NCBI GenBank assembly: GCA_016929355.1
Contig: JAFGJA010000322.1
Span: forward strand, 1-48,058
From: Anaerolineae bacterium
GTDB taxonomy: Bacteria > Chloroflexota > Anaerolineae > Aggregatilineales > Aggregatilineaceae
Direction: 5' to 3'
Length of the DNA: 48,058 nt
In this document: piece by piece, positions 17,825 to 27,264 of the stretch
How positions within the stretch are numbered: position 1 is the stretch's first letter
Layout of the letters: every line of letters starts with the position of its first letter
Position numbers and translations under genes: made by a program
Notes under the pieces: model-generated
What the model was told of the DNA's origin: nothing
What the model saw: only the letters and a program-made list of their open reading frames with translations
Databases searched by the model: none

Positions 17825-20800
17825 TTAACCGAAGATATTCTTGATGAGAATTCGTGTAATCGCGATCAAGTCTTTGATGATTTGCTCATTGCCAAGTTCT
17901 GGCTTGCTATACTGGGCCAACCAACCCTCACCTTCTGAGCGATCCCAGGTATCCAGCGTTTTCAATAATGCCCGGTTTTTCGTATTCGAATACCGATCAT
18001 AGATCGCGCGGGCGTCATCTTCGCTGATACGCGGCTGCCATACACCTGCCGATGGATCCACCCAGTAACCGACAAACTTCAGCAACCCGTCCATAAGAAC
18101 ACCGTTGGGCAGATGCTCAAAATCTCGTTTCGGAATAAGCACCTCATTACCGGACATTTCAGGCATAGTGAAGACCCACCCCTGCCCGGTTTCCTGAAGT
18201 TCCTCATTAACCACCGCCGCCAGCAAATACGCTTCGGCCTTGATGCGGTTCGCCAGACCGGTCACTACTATCGGATTGAACATGCGCGCCGATTGCTTGA
18301 TCTTAACCAACTGTCGTTCGTAAGACAATGCCGTTGCATCTGCTTCAAACACCGCCGAACGCCCCGGCCGCTGAACTGTTCGGACCAACCCCATCTCATC
18401 CATATAGGTGTCGCGGGCGATATTCAGGCTGTTGACAGCATCAATAGTCAGCGCGTCCGCCGTTTGAATCAGCGTCAGCGTGAAACGATCCGTCGTATCC
18501 AACACCTTGAGTTTTTCTTCGTCGTCGTTCAATTTCTCCCGGCGCAAACGGCGCTTCAAATCGTCGATGCGTTCGATGCCTTGATGCGCCGACAAAACGA
18601 TCCCCGGCTGTAAAGCGGTTGCCCGTTCATCGGACATTAACAACACCCCCGAATTTTGTAGCAACCGTGCGAGAGTCGTGGCAATCTCATCCTCACCTAA
18701 TGGGCCTTTGTTCAGAATTTTTGCCAGCCCTTCCTGTTCAGGAATTTCGCGGGCAAAGTAACGTCCCAGGAACAGGATTTTTTCTTCAAAGGTCGCCACA
18801 TCTGCCGGATCAAACGTCACTTCAACTTCCTGGTCGTTGTCATCCCCTGTGCTCGGCAGTTTTAGAACTAATGCCGGTTTGAGAGATTCATCAACTTTCC
18901 AGTAAAGCTGGCGCACACCCTTCTCAATCGGGGTTAGATTATCGCGTTCGTCCGGTTTGAGCATATACGTATCATACCAGACTTCGCGGAGAGGTTCGCC
19001 CTCATTGGTCGTGGTGATGTAGGATCGTGTCTGCAAGTTTTCCTGCTGATTCCACATCTCAGTGATCCGGGCATAGCGCGCAGCGAGGCTCACATGCAGC
19101 GATCCCTGTTTTGCCCCCATCCCCAACGCATCACCCACACTCACCAGATGATCGCGTACTTCACCTGCGATGCTGGCAAATACCTGTAATTGGCCGACCA
19201 CCGGATGTTCAGGATCATCCATAATTTGGCTGATCTGGGAAGCGATTCCCTTCAACGAACCGGGGCCTCCTTCTGCCGCGAGTGTATCCAGGAATGCTTT
19301 TGCTAAACCGATCTTTGCGCCACGACGCAGGACGGGATCGATGGGTTCGGAGGTGCGCGCGTGTTGACCATTCAGTAGCACGCCTACAACCTGTGCTAAC
19401 CACTGCCGCCACGCCTCGTTATCTCGCTCCTCGCGCACTGAAAGCTTGCGCGCAGCACGGCGCACCGTTTCAGCATCATTAGAAACCACACCATTGAAGA
19501 TAAGCCGCCACTCTTTACTCAGTTGCGGTGTACCAAAACGTTCGCCCAGGAACGCCTGAACCAAATCAGCCGGCGCTTGCCGACCACTGATGAACTGTTC
19601 TTTGGCTAGTTCAGGCGCGTAACGCGGCGTTTCCTGGGTATTGCCCATCAACAGCAGTTGCAAGACACGGCGCGCATAACGCACAGTGATGTCTTCCAGC
19701 AAATCGGCAAATGGCAGACGGAACTGGTAAAGCCCCAGGCTGCTGACTGCTAGCTTCCGTTCTCGAAGCTGGACATTAGTTGACACACCGCGCATGGTAT
19801 CACGCCATTGGTCCAGCCCGCCCCGATTGGCGGCTGTATCTAACCACAGCGCGATCCCATCCGCCAAAGACGGATAGATGCCCTTTTCAGGCGCAATGTG
19901 GCTCAAAGACGCTGGTTGGCGCTCACCATCATAGACGTAAACGTCATCAAACAGACTGTCATCCACGTCGCCATCAAAGACCATCGGCATCGCCGGGTCC
20001 GACGTGTATGCCATCGGGAAGGCCGCGCCAATCGCCAGTTGGAACCGTTCCGTTTCACGCAAAGCAGCGATAGTATTTGTCGCGCGACTGAGATCACTGC
20101 GCTGGCGACCTTGCGTGGCGCGATCAGTCAACAGATGACCGACCAGCCGCACTTCCACCAAACCCAGACTTTGCTGCAACTGGCGAACCAGATAAGCTAC
20201 ATCCAGGAATGCGCCCGATCCCACATCGTCACTGAGATCAGTCACCAACAATACGTGCAAACGCTCAGGATCATGCAGCTTTGAGGTTTTGGCTAACTCG
20301 CGTTCGGCCTCCAACACCGTCTGCGCCGCCGTTTGTAACCGTTGCCACAGGTTATCATCGCCCGGTTTGCGCAGATTGTCGATTAAGGCCATACGTCCCA
20401 TAACCCGCCGGTCCTGAAAACCGGTCTTAGGATCGGTAGAACTGCGGATTTCGAGCATCGTCTGGTGATCAATCCATCCTTTGTAGGTTGGATCATCGTT
20501 CACCACGTCGGTCAGTCCACGCAGATTTTCCTGCCATGCCAGAATTTCGTGATCGTCAAGTTGTAACCCATCCGTTTCACGCTCAAGGTGTCGCGCTTGA
20601 CTCCCGTCTAGAATGCAGAGAAGACCGACATTCTGCGAGGGATCGCCTAATTCGGCATTCGCCAGCGTCTTTTTCAGTTGGGTCAAGACCTGCCACCCCG
20701 GATTACCCAGACCAATCACCAGTGAGCCGCGCGGCTTCCACAAAGGCTGCAATTGGCCGCTAGGCAAATTGTCATCCGGACCTAACGGTTCGCGTTGAGG

Positions 20801-23377
20801 CTGCAACGGCGGCAGTTCGGGCAGTTCTTCATCATAGTCCGGCTTACGTAACCAGCACGCCAGCAGCATCAAAGGCAGCAGAGGCAGCAAGCACAGCAGA
20901 GGCAGCGGCCACATTCGGTTTCTCCACTCATCCAGCAAACTTGTCTGGTTAATAGGTTCGCCCCAATAGGGCAGATGTTCAAATACACCTGGTTGGGAAG
21001 CGCCACGCAATTTATATGCGGTGCTGGTGGTCCCATCCGCATAAACATCAACCACGACAATATCAAAGTTCGGATCATAGGCGGTAGTGTTAAACGCCAA
21101 TTTGGTCCCGTTCCGATTCCAGGAAGGCCAGGAATTGCTGGCATTAGGGGCATTACCCGCAATCGGTCCCGCAACGCCTGTTTCCAGATTCAGCAACCAG
21201 ATTTCAGCTTGCGGATCGGAATAGGTGGTTGCGTTCTGATGATGCGTAAAGGCCAACCAGCGACCATCGGGCGAGAATGCCGGGTAGTAGTTCAAACCGT
21301 CATTGGCACTTGCGCCAACAATCGGAATCGGCACGGCGTTCAGCGCGGGGTCTGATGCGATCATGTAAATATCACTCTGATTTAGCGCCAACAAACCAAC
21401 CTCAAGATTGCCTCGGTTGGCGCGTACAAAAGCGATATTCTGACCGTCCGGGGTCCAGGCCGGCATCAGCACCCCGTTTTGGGCGTCCGATGCGTTCTGA
21501 AACTGCTGCCATCCATACGCGGGGGCATCACGGTCAAAAACGAACAATTCCGCATTACTGGTGGTTACAGCCAGTTTGCGACCATCCGGCGAAAACGCGC
21601 CGTATATTGCGTCAATCGGCGGCAAATCCTCGATCAAATCGCCATCAAATTCGGTCAGACGTAAGGCATCATTATCCGGTACAGGGCCAACAATTGCCCC
21701 CACTATTTCTGCCTCACTGCTCACAAAATGGCAACCCAGGCAACTCGCCGTTTCGTTCAAAGAAGATACCTGCGCCGGTTCATCGGCGGCCAAATCACTA
21801 TGCGTTAGGAAAATTCCGCGCTGGCTGCCATCCATCCGCCAGAAGTACACGCTTTCCGGCACATCACACAACACACCGGCGACAGGCTGTAACAACAAAA
21901 ACAGGAGAATCAATAACAGGATTAAGAACAACAAACGCAGCAACCAACACAGCCAATCCCAGATAGTCTTGTGTTTTTTGCTTAATAAGTTGTTCAGCGC
22001 CCGCCACAACAGATACACTCCGATCAGGGCTACGATGATGACCACAATCCAGGGCAGCCAATCCCACCACCCCGGCGCACAAAAATCAAGGCCCAGATCG
22101 GTTGTTCTCCCAATTGTCTCCGTAGGACCGGGATCGCGCAGAACCGCATTCGGTGTTGCCGTTGGTGACGCGGTTGGGGTTGGCGAGGGTGTAGGTGTGG
22201 GCGTATGAGTGGGCGTCGGTGTTGCCGTCGGCTGTAAAATCGTGACTATCGGTCCAATTTCTGTAGCGGCTGCCGGAACGACCTGTCCACAGGGGAAATA
22301 TTCAACCGCCACGGTCCCCACCGTCGCATTGGAGATTGCCATCAGACCGCGCAGTTCGGTTTGTAACTCGACATCCTCACCACTATTCACTTGATCCACA
22401 GTCCATTGAAGCACGTTCGGCGCAGTAGCGGGACCGTTTAACGCCGCATTCGGCACACTAGTGCCAGGAACGATCTGGAAAATTTCTGTATTGACCGTGT
22501 ACGTGATGACCAGGTTATTCGCCACAATTTGGGGCTGAATTTCGCGCGCGATCTGCTCATAGAGTATCGTCAGTTCGCTGGCGCTGGTCGCCAGATACGC
22601 ATCGTCCGGCGAATCGGCAATATCACGCAACGTATCCTCATCTACATCAGCCGGGTCGCCCAGACCAACGGTAATGATACTCGCGCCTGTCAACTGCCGC
22701 GCACGTTCAGCTTCGCGCCGGACCGCACTGGTATCGGAGTCTTCACCGTCCGACAATAACACAATCACCGGATGGGCGTCGCCCTGGTAATTCGCGCTGG
22801 CGCTGGCAAGAATATCGGTTGCCAGTGTTAACCCGTCAGCGATATTCGTGCTGCCACTGGTACGCAGATCATTAATCGCATTTTCCAGTACAGTCTGATC
22901 ACTGGTCAGGTCAACTTCCATGTCGGCATCAGAGTTAAATGACACGATTGCGATTTGATCTGAGGCAGACGATCCTGGGACGAAGTTAAACTGCCGGATA
23001 AACGTCAAAGCCGCCTGTTTGGTCGCATCCAGTTTTGAAATATTTTCCGGCGTATCTTCATCCATGCTGGAAGATGTATCGATTACCAAAACGGCATCCA
23101 CCGGAATTTCACGCGGCACAGCCGGGCATTCACCGCCTTGCAAAGTGATCGTCACCAAAAAGTGATCTTGACCGTCATCATTCACCGGGAATCCTGTTTG
23201 CGGGTCCCCCTGGCGCGCGATGCTTTCCAACCGGATGGTGATTGGGCCAATACCCGCATCTTGCGCCTGACTCGGCATCCCCCATACGGTAAGCGCCAAT
23301 GCTACTAGTATCACCAACAACATGCTGCGCCGACGCAGCAGCGCGTATGATGTAGTCCTAACAGATCTCATAAACAT
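17825..23377 (-). CDS. 1850-aa fusion: signal peptide, vWA, PT linker, 2 TM, PD40/TolB-like beta-propeller (with CxxCH), TM, tubulin-like domain (semi-degenerate loops)
   Basis: Signal peptide ...LTVWGMPSQAQD. MIDAS VLVIDTSSSMDED (nt 23066-23080). PT linker 22151-22231. TMs WLPWIVVIIVALIGVYLLW and WLLRLLFLILLLILLFLLL. PD40 repeats FSPDGRKLAV, WTPDGQNIAF, FSPDGRWLAF, WNRNGTKLAF. TM PLPLLCLLPLLPLMLLACW. Then SLVIGLGNPGWQVL, LLVTDLSDDVGSGAFLDVAYLV and NTIAALRETERF. Confidence 0.8.
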   Translation of the reverse strand: MFMRSVRTTSYALLRRRSMLLVILVALALTVWGMPSQAQDAGIGPITIRLESIARQGDPQTGFPVNDDGQDHFLVTITLQGGECPAVPREIPVDAVLVIDTSSSMDEDTPENISKLDATKQAALTFIRQFNFVPGSSASDQIAIVSFNSDADMEVDLTSDQTVLENAINDLRTSGSTNIADGLTLATDILASASANYQGDAHPVIVLLSDGEDSDTSAVRREAERARQLTGASIITVGLGDPADVDEDTLRDIADSPDDAYLATSASELTILYEQIAREIQPQIVANNLVITYTVNTEIFQIVPGTSVPNAALNGPATAPNVLQWTVDQVNSGEDVELQTELRGLMAISNATVGTVAVEYFPCGQVVPAAATEIGPIVTILQPTATPTPTHTPTPTPSPTPTASPTATPNAVLRDPGPTETIGRTTDLGLDFCAPGWWDWLPWIVVIIVALIGVYLLWRALNNLLSKKHKTIWDWLCWLLRLLFLILLLILLFLLLQPVAGVLCDVPESVYFWRMDGSQRGIFLTHSDLAADEPAQVSSLNETASCLGCHFVSSEAEIVGAIVGPVPDNDALRLTEFDGDLIEDLPPIDAIYGAFSPDGRKLAVTTSNAELFVFDRDAPAYGWQQFQNASDAQNGVLMPAWTPDGQNIAFVRANRGNLEVGLLALNQSDIYMIASDPALNAVPIPIVGASANDGLNYYPAFSPDGRWLAFTHHQNATTYSDPQAEIWLLNLETGVAGPIAGNAPNASNSWPSWNRNGTKLAFNTTAYDPNFDIVVVDVYADGTTSTAYKLRGASQPGVFEHLPYWGEPINQTSLLDEWRNRMWPLPLLCLLPLLPLMLLACWLRKPDYDEELPELPPLQPQREPLGPDDNLPSGQLQPLWKPRGSLVIGLGNPGWQVLTQLKKTLANAELGDPSQNVGLLCILDGSQARHLERETDGLQLDDHEILAWQENLRGLTDVVNDDPTYKGWIDHQTMLEIRSSTDPKTGFQDRRVMGRMALIDNLRKPGDDNLWQRLQTAAQTVLEAERELAKTSKLHDPERLHVLLVTDLSDDVGSGAFLDVAYLVRQLQQSLGLVEVRLVGHLLTDRATQGRQRSDLSRATNTIAALRETERFQLAIGAAFPMAYTSDPAMPMVFDGDVDDSLFDDVYVYDGERQPASLSHIAPEKGIYPSLADGIALWLDTAANRGGLDQWRDTMRGVSTNVQLRERKLAVSSLGLYQFRLPFADLLEDITVRYARRVLQLLLMGNTQETPRYAPELAKEQFISGRQAPADLVQAFLGERFGTPQLSKEWRLIFNGVVSNDAETVRRAARKLSVREERDNEAWRQWLAQVVGVLLNGQHARTSEPIDPVLRRGAKIGLAKAFLDTLAAEGGPGSLKGIASQISQIMDDPEHPVVGQLQVFASIAGEVRDHLVSVGDALGMGAKQGSLHVSLAARYARITEMWNQQENLQTRSYITTTNEGEPLREVWYDTYMLKPDERDNLTPIEKGVRQLYWKVDESLKPALVLKLPSTGDDNDQEVEVTFDPADVATFEEKILFLGRYFAREIPEQEGLAKILNKGPLGEDEIATTLARLLQNSGVLLMSDERATALQPGIVLSAHQGIERIDDLKRRLRREKLNDDEEKLKVLDTTDRFTLTLIQTADALTIDAVNSLNIARDTYMDEMGLVRTVQRPGRSAVFEADATALSYERQLVKIKQSARMFNPIVVTGLANRIKAEAYLLAAVVNEELQETGQGWVFTMPEMSGNEVLIPKRDFEHLPNGVLMDGLLKFVGYWVDPSAGVWQPRISEDDARAIYDRYSNTKNRALLKTLDTWDRSEGEGWLAQYSKPELGNEQIIKDLIAITRILIKNIFG
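22151..22231 (-). repeat. Pro/Thr-rich linker-coding low-complexity tract
   Basis: Encodes PTATPTPTHTPTPTPSPTPTASPTATP, between the vWA domain and the TM hairpin of the fusion protein. Confidence 0.85.
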
Positions 23378-23419
23378 ATCGCTTTCGTAGTATCAAAAAC
23401 TCATCTCTGCCCACATGAT

Positions 23420-23450
23420 GGGGCGAATCAATCCGTCCCGGATTCGCCCC
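23420..23450 (-). terminator. Perfect 10-bp GC-rich stem-loop (GGGGCGAATC-11 nt-GATTCGCCCC) in the only sizeable gap of the minus-strand array
   Basis: Read directly. It lies 38 nt downstream of the stop at 23488 and 43 nt upstream of ATG 23377. There is no U-tract after it on the minus strand, so it may be a partial terminator or an RNA-stability/processing hairpin rather than a classical intrinsic terminator. Confidence 0.3.
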
Positions 23451-23487
23451 TGATTTAAGTAACACCTACAGGCGGGATGCTTGGGGC

Positions 23488-26400
23488 TTACAGTCGCCGA
23501 CTTCCACCCCGAACTTTCTCGTCATAGCGCGCTTCGATGACTCGCCGCAGCCGATCCATTTCACGATCCAGCGCCAAAATCGCAATGGTGTACAAGTCGT
23601 AATCTTCCTGGCGACGACGCTGCTCATCATGCGCATCGCCGCCGGTCAGATTGACACCGGACATGGATAAACGCTCTTGCAGTTCAGGCAACGCAGCCGC
23701 CAATTCCTGACGGAGTTCGCGCGCCATATCGTGCCGGACGACCAGTTCCGCAACACCTAACTGGCGCTGATTACCGGCGGTTCCATTGCCCTCGCGCCCC
23801 AGGAATGCCTCACGATCCCAATTATCCAGCATCAACTCGCCGGTCTCACGATTAACAGAGGGCATGAAAGCTTCAACCCACATGCGCAGTTCTTCATCCA
23901 CCACCACCTGATCCCCATGCGTTTCAAGTAACGCCAGATTATCCCGATCAACCCGGCGGAGCGTGTCTTCGCGTCGCGCCTGGCGTAAGTAATCCAACAC
24001 ACCAGGATAAGGAATCGGGTTACGCATGGTTGCACCGGGCCGTGTGCCGCGAATATCTTCCTCAAGGATGACGTATGTAATCATCGCATCTAGCAGCGAG
24101 GGACGATCAGAGGGTTCCGTGAGATACCAATCAATGATCTCCTTCTTACGTGACTCAAGATCGGGCGCACGCAGTTGCCAGGCAAAGTACGTGCGTGTCT
24201 CATCTCCACCTTCTTCACGGCGGACAATAATCCGGTGTGCCAACAGGAACAGAAAATCGAGGAAGCGCTCTTCATTTTCCAGCAGCAGCACGACACGATC
24301 CGCGAGCAAGCGTCCCGTTTGGCGTAACCGGCGCACAACATCTTTTTCATACTCGATGGCGCGCACTTCTGCCGGGAAAATATGAGTCGTCTGGCGGGTA
24401 TCCCAGGGCAACTCGTTGTAACGTTGGTAGCACTCACCAAATGCGGATATACCGCGCAGTTCGATCAATTCCGCCGTGCTCAGCAGCGTGAGGCGGAAAG
24501 GATTCTCACACTGTGCTGTCTTGAGTGTGGCATAATCTTGTTCGCTAATATCGCCCAAACCTTTTTCGGCTCCCAGGCGGCGCAGCACATTGCCCAAAAA
24601 ACCTGTTTCGTCAGGATTTTCCGAATTATGGCTTGCCAGCAGCACATTGGTCACGATCCGACCTTCAACCTCAGGCCGTTCTGTAATTGAAAGCAGATGC
24701 CCACTCCGCCGGGCCAGATCAATAGCTAGTTGATCTTCATTATCAAGATACTGCTGCATCAAATACTTCAACACACTCTCGCGCTGCACAGCATCGGCAA
24801 AAACACCACGCATATAACCAAGCATCGCCTGGAGATTGCGCTCGGCCCAGCGTGCGCGCCGCTCCTTACGGAACAAGGCAACGGCATCACCCTCACCAAA
24901 GCCGCAGTCCACCACCAACTGATCGCCCTCGACAGCCACCGACCAATTCCAGGCATTGAACATGCGCTCACGCTGCTCTGCCGTTTCAACATATTCGACA
25001 TAACGTCGATTTTCCCACTCAGCATCATTGATAACATGGTGATTTGCCAGTGATTCGGCTTGCCCACGTTCATCCTGCACGCGCCGTGTCCCGCGCAGCA
25101 GTTCGTTATACAAGCCATTGGTATCCGTCGCCAGTACCAACGCCCAACTTTGGAGTTCATCCCGCACCTGATCCAGAAAATCGTAGATATGGCGGAAAGC
25201 CCGCGCCACTGCCGCTCGCGCAAACTCGGTGCGGTAGAATTCGACATATTCTTCCACGCGCGCCAAATAATGATCTTGAGCCACCAGCGCCGGATCGCGC
25301 TTGAGTAAACTTCGTTCCGAAGCCTTAGCCTGCATATCTTGCTGCGCCCGATCCAGGCCAGTTTGCAGATTGCTGCGCATACTGGTGACATAGGTATCGA
25401 TACCCGCGCGCACCTCTTCCATCAAATCACCAACAATAGCGAACAAATTGCGCAACTCCTCGACAACAGCCAGAGTCCAACCCAGTTTGCCAGACTTGGC
25501 CTGAATGGGATCGCGCGTTGAGGTTAATGATCCATTGAGAGTATGCATGATGTACGCGGCCATGTATGCGCGGAAGCGGTTGGTTTGTAAATCAACAAAA
25601 CGATTCAGCGCATCACCGTAGCGACCACCCTGCCGCCCCCCGCCCGTATCCACCGGGCCAAGCTGTGAGGTAATGTAGCGGTCCGCTTTGGTTGCTATAT
25701 CACGCCAGTCTATCGTCGGATCGCCCTGAGGGCGACGTTTATCTGATACCTGTGCATGATTGTAAATCGTGTCTTCGATGATCTGGCGCGTGTCATTGAT
25801 CGCCCCCATCGTCACCGGATCCGCACCAACGGACTGTGGCACGAGCATATTCAACCAGGTGCGCAGGTCATAAGCGCCCAATTCACGCACCGCATTCTGA
25901 CGGTTGAGGGCTTCACGCGCAAAGAAATGATGGGCCTGTTCCCATAATCCCGTCGGCATAATCATCCGGTTCTCGTCACGCGGGTCGGGGAGCGGCGTGT
26001 GTTTGGTCATCAACTGCTCAACGATGAGCACCGGTTTTTCGCCCCGGTACTCTGGGTTATCCTCATAGCTGACACGGAGCATATAGCCATCATCATTATA
26101 GGTCTGCCCCGGCACAATCGCTTGCACAATTTCCTTGCCCAACCGGTACGACCAGGCTTCGATCATTTGTTGGACGGGCAAAATGATGGAATACGCGCCT
26201 AAAGAGCTAACCATTGCCTGCTTGCCAACACGTCCCTGGCGTTCAGCGATAGCGTTTGGCATATTAGCCAGCACCTGCTCATTGACTTCCCCGAAGCTCG
26301 GATCGACAAAACTCGCAATGGCATCAGCGACTACTGAGGCTGATCCGTCTTTAAGGCTGCGCGCATTCATGCGCATTTCGCCTTCACCATCCAGGATGTA

Positions 26401-27231
26401 CACAAAATCGTAGAGTTTTTCGCGGTTCTTGGCTCGCCAGATCGAACGATTGCCACCTGAACGCTCGCCATGATAGTACATCGGGTAGCCGTAACGATAA
26501 TCTTCACTCAAGGTGAAGCGTTGCAGTTCGCGCATGGCCGCAAATGCGCGCCCTTTAGCGGATTCAATCTTATTCGAGTCCAGATCGCGGGCGAACGCCT
26601 GCGGCAAATAGAAGAAACCACGCAGGGTGATATTAATGTTGTTGTTCGCCGCCACCCGCCGGATGATATGCGGCACATCAAGAAACAAACCAGCCCCCGT
26701 ACCACCAGCCATTGACCCGACGATCATCACCAGGATCGTATTACCAGTTTGCCGCGCGAGGCTGGTCAACTTGGTATCAAGCACCGTTGCGACGGGTGAA
26801 TTAGCTGGTTGGGCAACTGAACGAAACAAAGCCAAACGCCCCAACTGCCGGAACATACCAGCGCCTTTATCCAAGTTAAACATGGAGCGCGGCAGTTCCT
26901 TCAAATAACGTTCAGCCAACAACCAGGACCGAATTTGAGGATATTCTTCAGTGTCCGCGACGAGACGCACCATTTCATACGCATCACCGCCAACGTGGAC
27001 ATACTCATACGGCTCTAACGAGACAGTTCCGACGCCTGTGCCCTGCTCCCGAATCATCCCATCGGCCCCAACGCCGACTATCGGCTCATCCGCAGTATCT
27101 AACACGGCTAACCCAATTCGCTTGGGAATCTCGTTATTGTACATATCCATCAACTGGCGCTTAACATGCACCAGTGTCCACGCACCAGACCCCCCCAACC
27201 CGATAATCAATGCCGCTAGTGGCTCCGCCAT
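23488..27231 (-). CDS. Giant tubulin/FtsZ-like GTPase (Tubulin_2 / FtsZl-1 type), canonical nucleotide loops
   Basis: AAGGA SD. ALIIGLGGSGAWTLV. MIVGSMAGGTGAGLFLDVPHII (nt 26689-26709). FYLPQAF...GRAFAAMRELQRF. No TM segments. Confidence 0.8.
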   Translation of the reverse strand: MAEPLAALIIGLGGSGAWTLVHVKRQLMDMYNNEIPKRIGLAVLDTADEPIVGVGADGMIREQGTGVGTVSLEPYEYVHVGGDAYEMVRLVADTEEYPQIRSWLLAERYLKELPRSMFNLDKGAGMFRQLGRLALFRSVAQPANSPVATVLDTKLTSLARQTGNTILVMIVGSMAGGTGAGLFLDVPHIIRRVAANNNINITLRGFFYLPQAFARDLDSNKIESAKGRAFAAMRELQRFTLSEDYRYGYPMYYHGERSGGNRSIWRAKNREKLYDFVYILDGEGEMRMNARSLKDGSASVVADAIASFVDPSFGEVNEQVLANMPNAIAERQGRVGKQAMVSSLGAYSIILPVQQMIEAWSYRLGKEIVQAIVPGQTYNDDGYMLRVSYEDNPEYRGEKPVLIVEQLMTKHTPLPDPRDENRMIMPTGLWEQAHHFFAREALNRQNAVRELGAYDLRTWLNMLVPQSVGADPVTMGAINDTRQIIEDTIYNHAQVSDKRRPQGDPTIDWRDIATKADRYITSQLGPVDTGGGRQGGRYGDALNRFVDLQTNRFRAYMAAYIMHTLNGSLTSTRDPIQAKSGKLGWTLAVVEELRNLFAIVGDLMEEVRAGIDTYVTSMRSNLQTGLDRAQQDMQAKASERSLLKRDPALVAQDHYLARVEEYVEFYRTEFARAAVARAFRHIYDFLDQVRDELQSWALVLATDTNGLYNELLRGTRRVQDERGQAESLANHHVINDAEWENRRYVEYVETAEQRERMFNAWNWSVAVEGDQLVVDCGFGEGDAVALFRKERRARWAERNLQAMLGYMRGVFADAVQRESVLKYLMQQYLDNEDQLAIDLARRSGHLLSITERPEVEGRIVTNVLLASHNSENPDETGFLGNVLRRLGAEKGLGDISEQDYATLKTAQCENPFRLTLLSTAELIELRGISAFGECYQRYNELPWDTRQTTHIFPAEVRAIEYEKDVVRRLRQTGRLLADRVVLLLENEERFLDFLFLLAHRIIVRREEGGDETRTYFAWQLRAPDLESRKKEIIDWYLTEPSDRPSLLDAMITYVILEEDIRGTRPGATMRNPIPYPGVLDYLRQARREDTLRRVDRDNLALLETHGDQVVVDEELRMWVEAFMPSVNRETGELMLDNWDREAFLGREGNGTAGNQRQLGVAELVVRHDMARELRQELAAALPELQERLSMSGVNLTGGDAHDEQRRRQEDYDLYTIAILALDREMDRLRRVIEARYDEKVRGGSRRL

Positions 27232-27264
27232 AACTATCCTTTCCTTTCAGCCATGTGTGGCAGG

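Noticed and set aside
21277-22208. Two long plus-strand ORFs (229 aa and 215 aa) antisense to the fusion gene
   Set aside because: Their translations are Arg/Pro/Ser/His-rich low-complexity sequence, typical of shadow frames opposite a real gene. The minus-strand frame has clear PD40, TM and PT-linker features.
24768-25391. 207-aa minus-strand ORF in an alternative frame inside the 23488-27231 tubulin-like gene
   Set aside because: It is fully nested in a well-supported ORF, has a Cys/Trp/Arg-rich unnatural composition, and has no start context.
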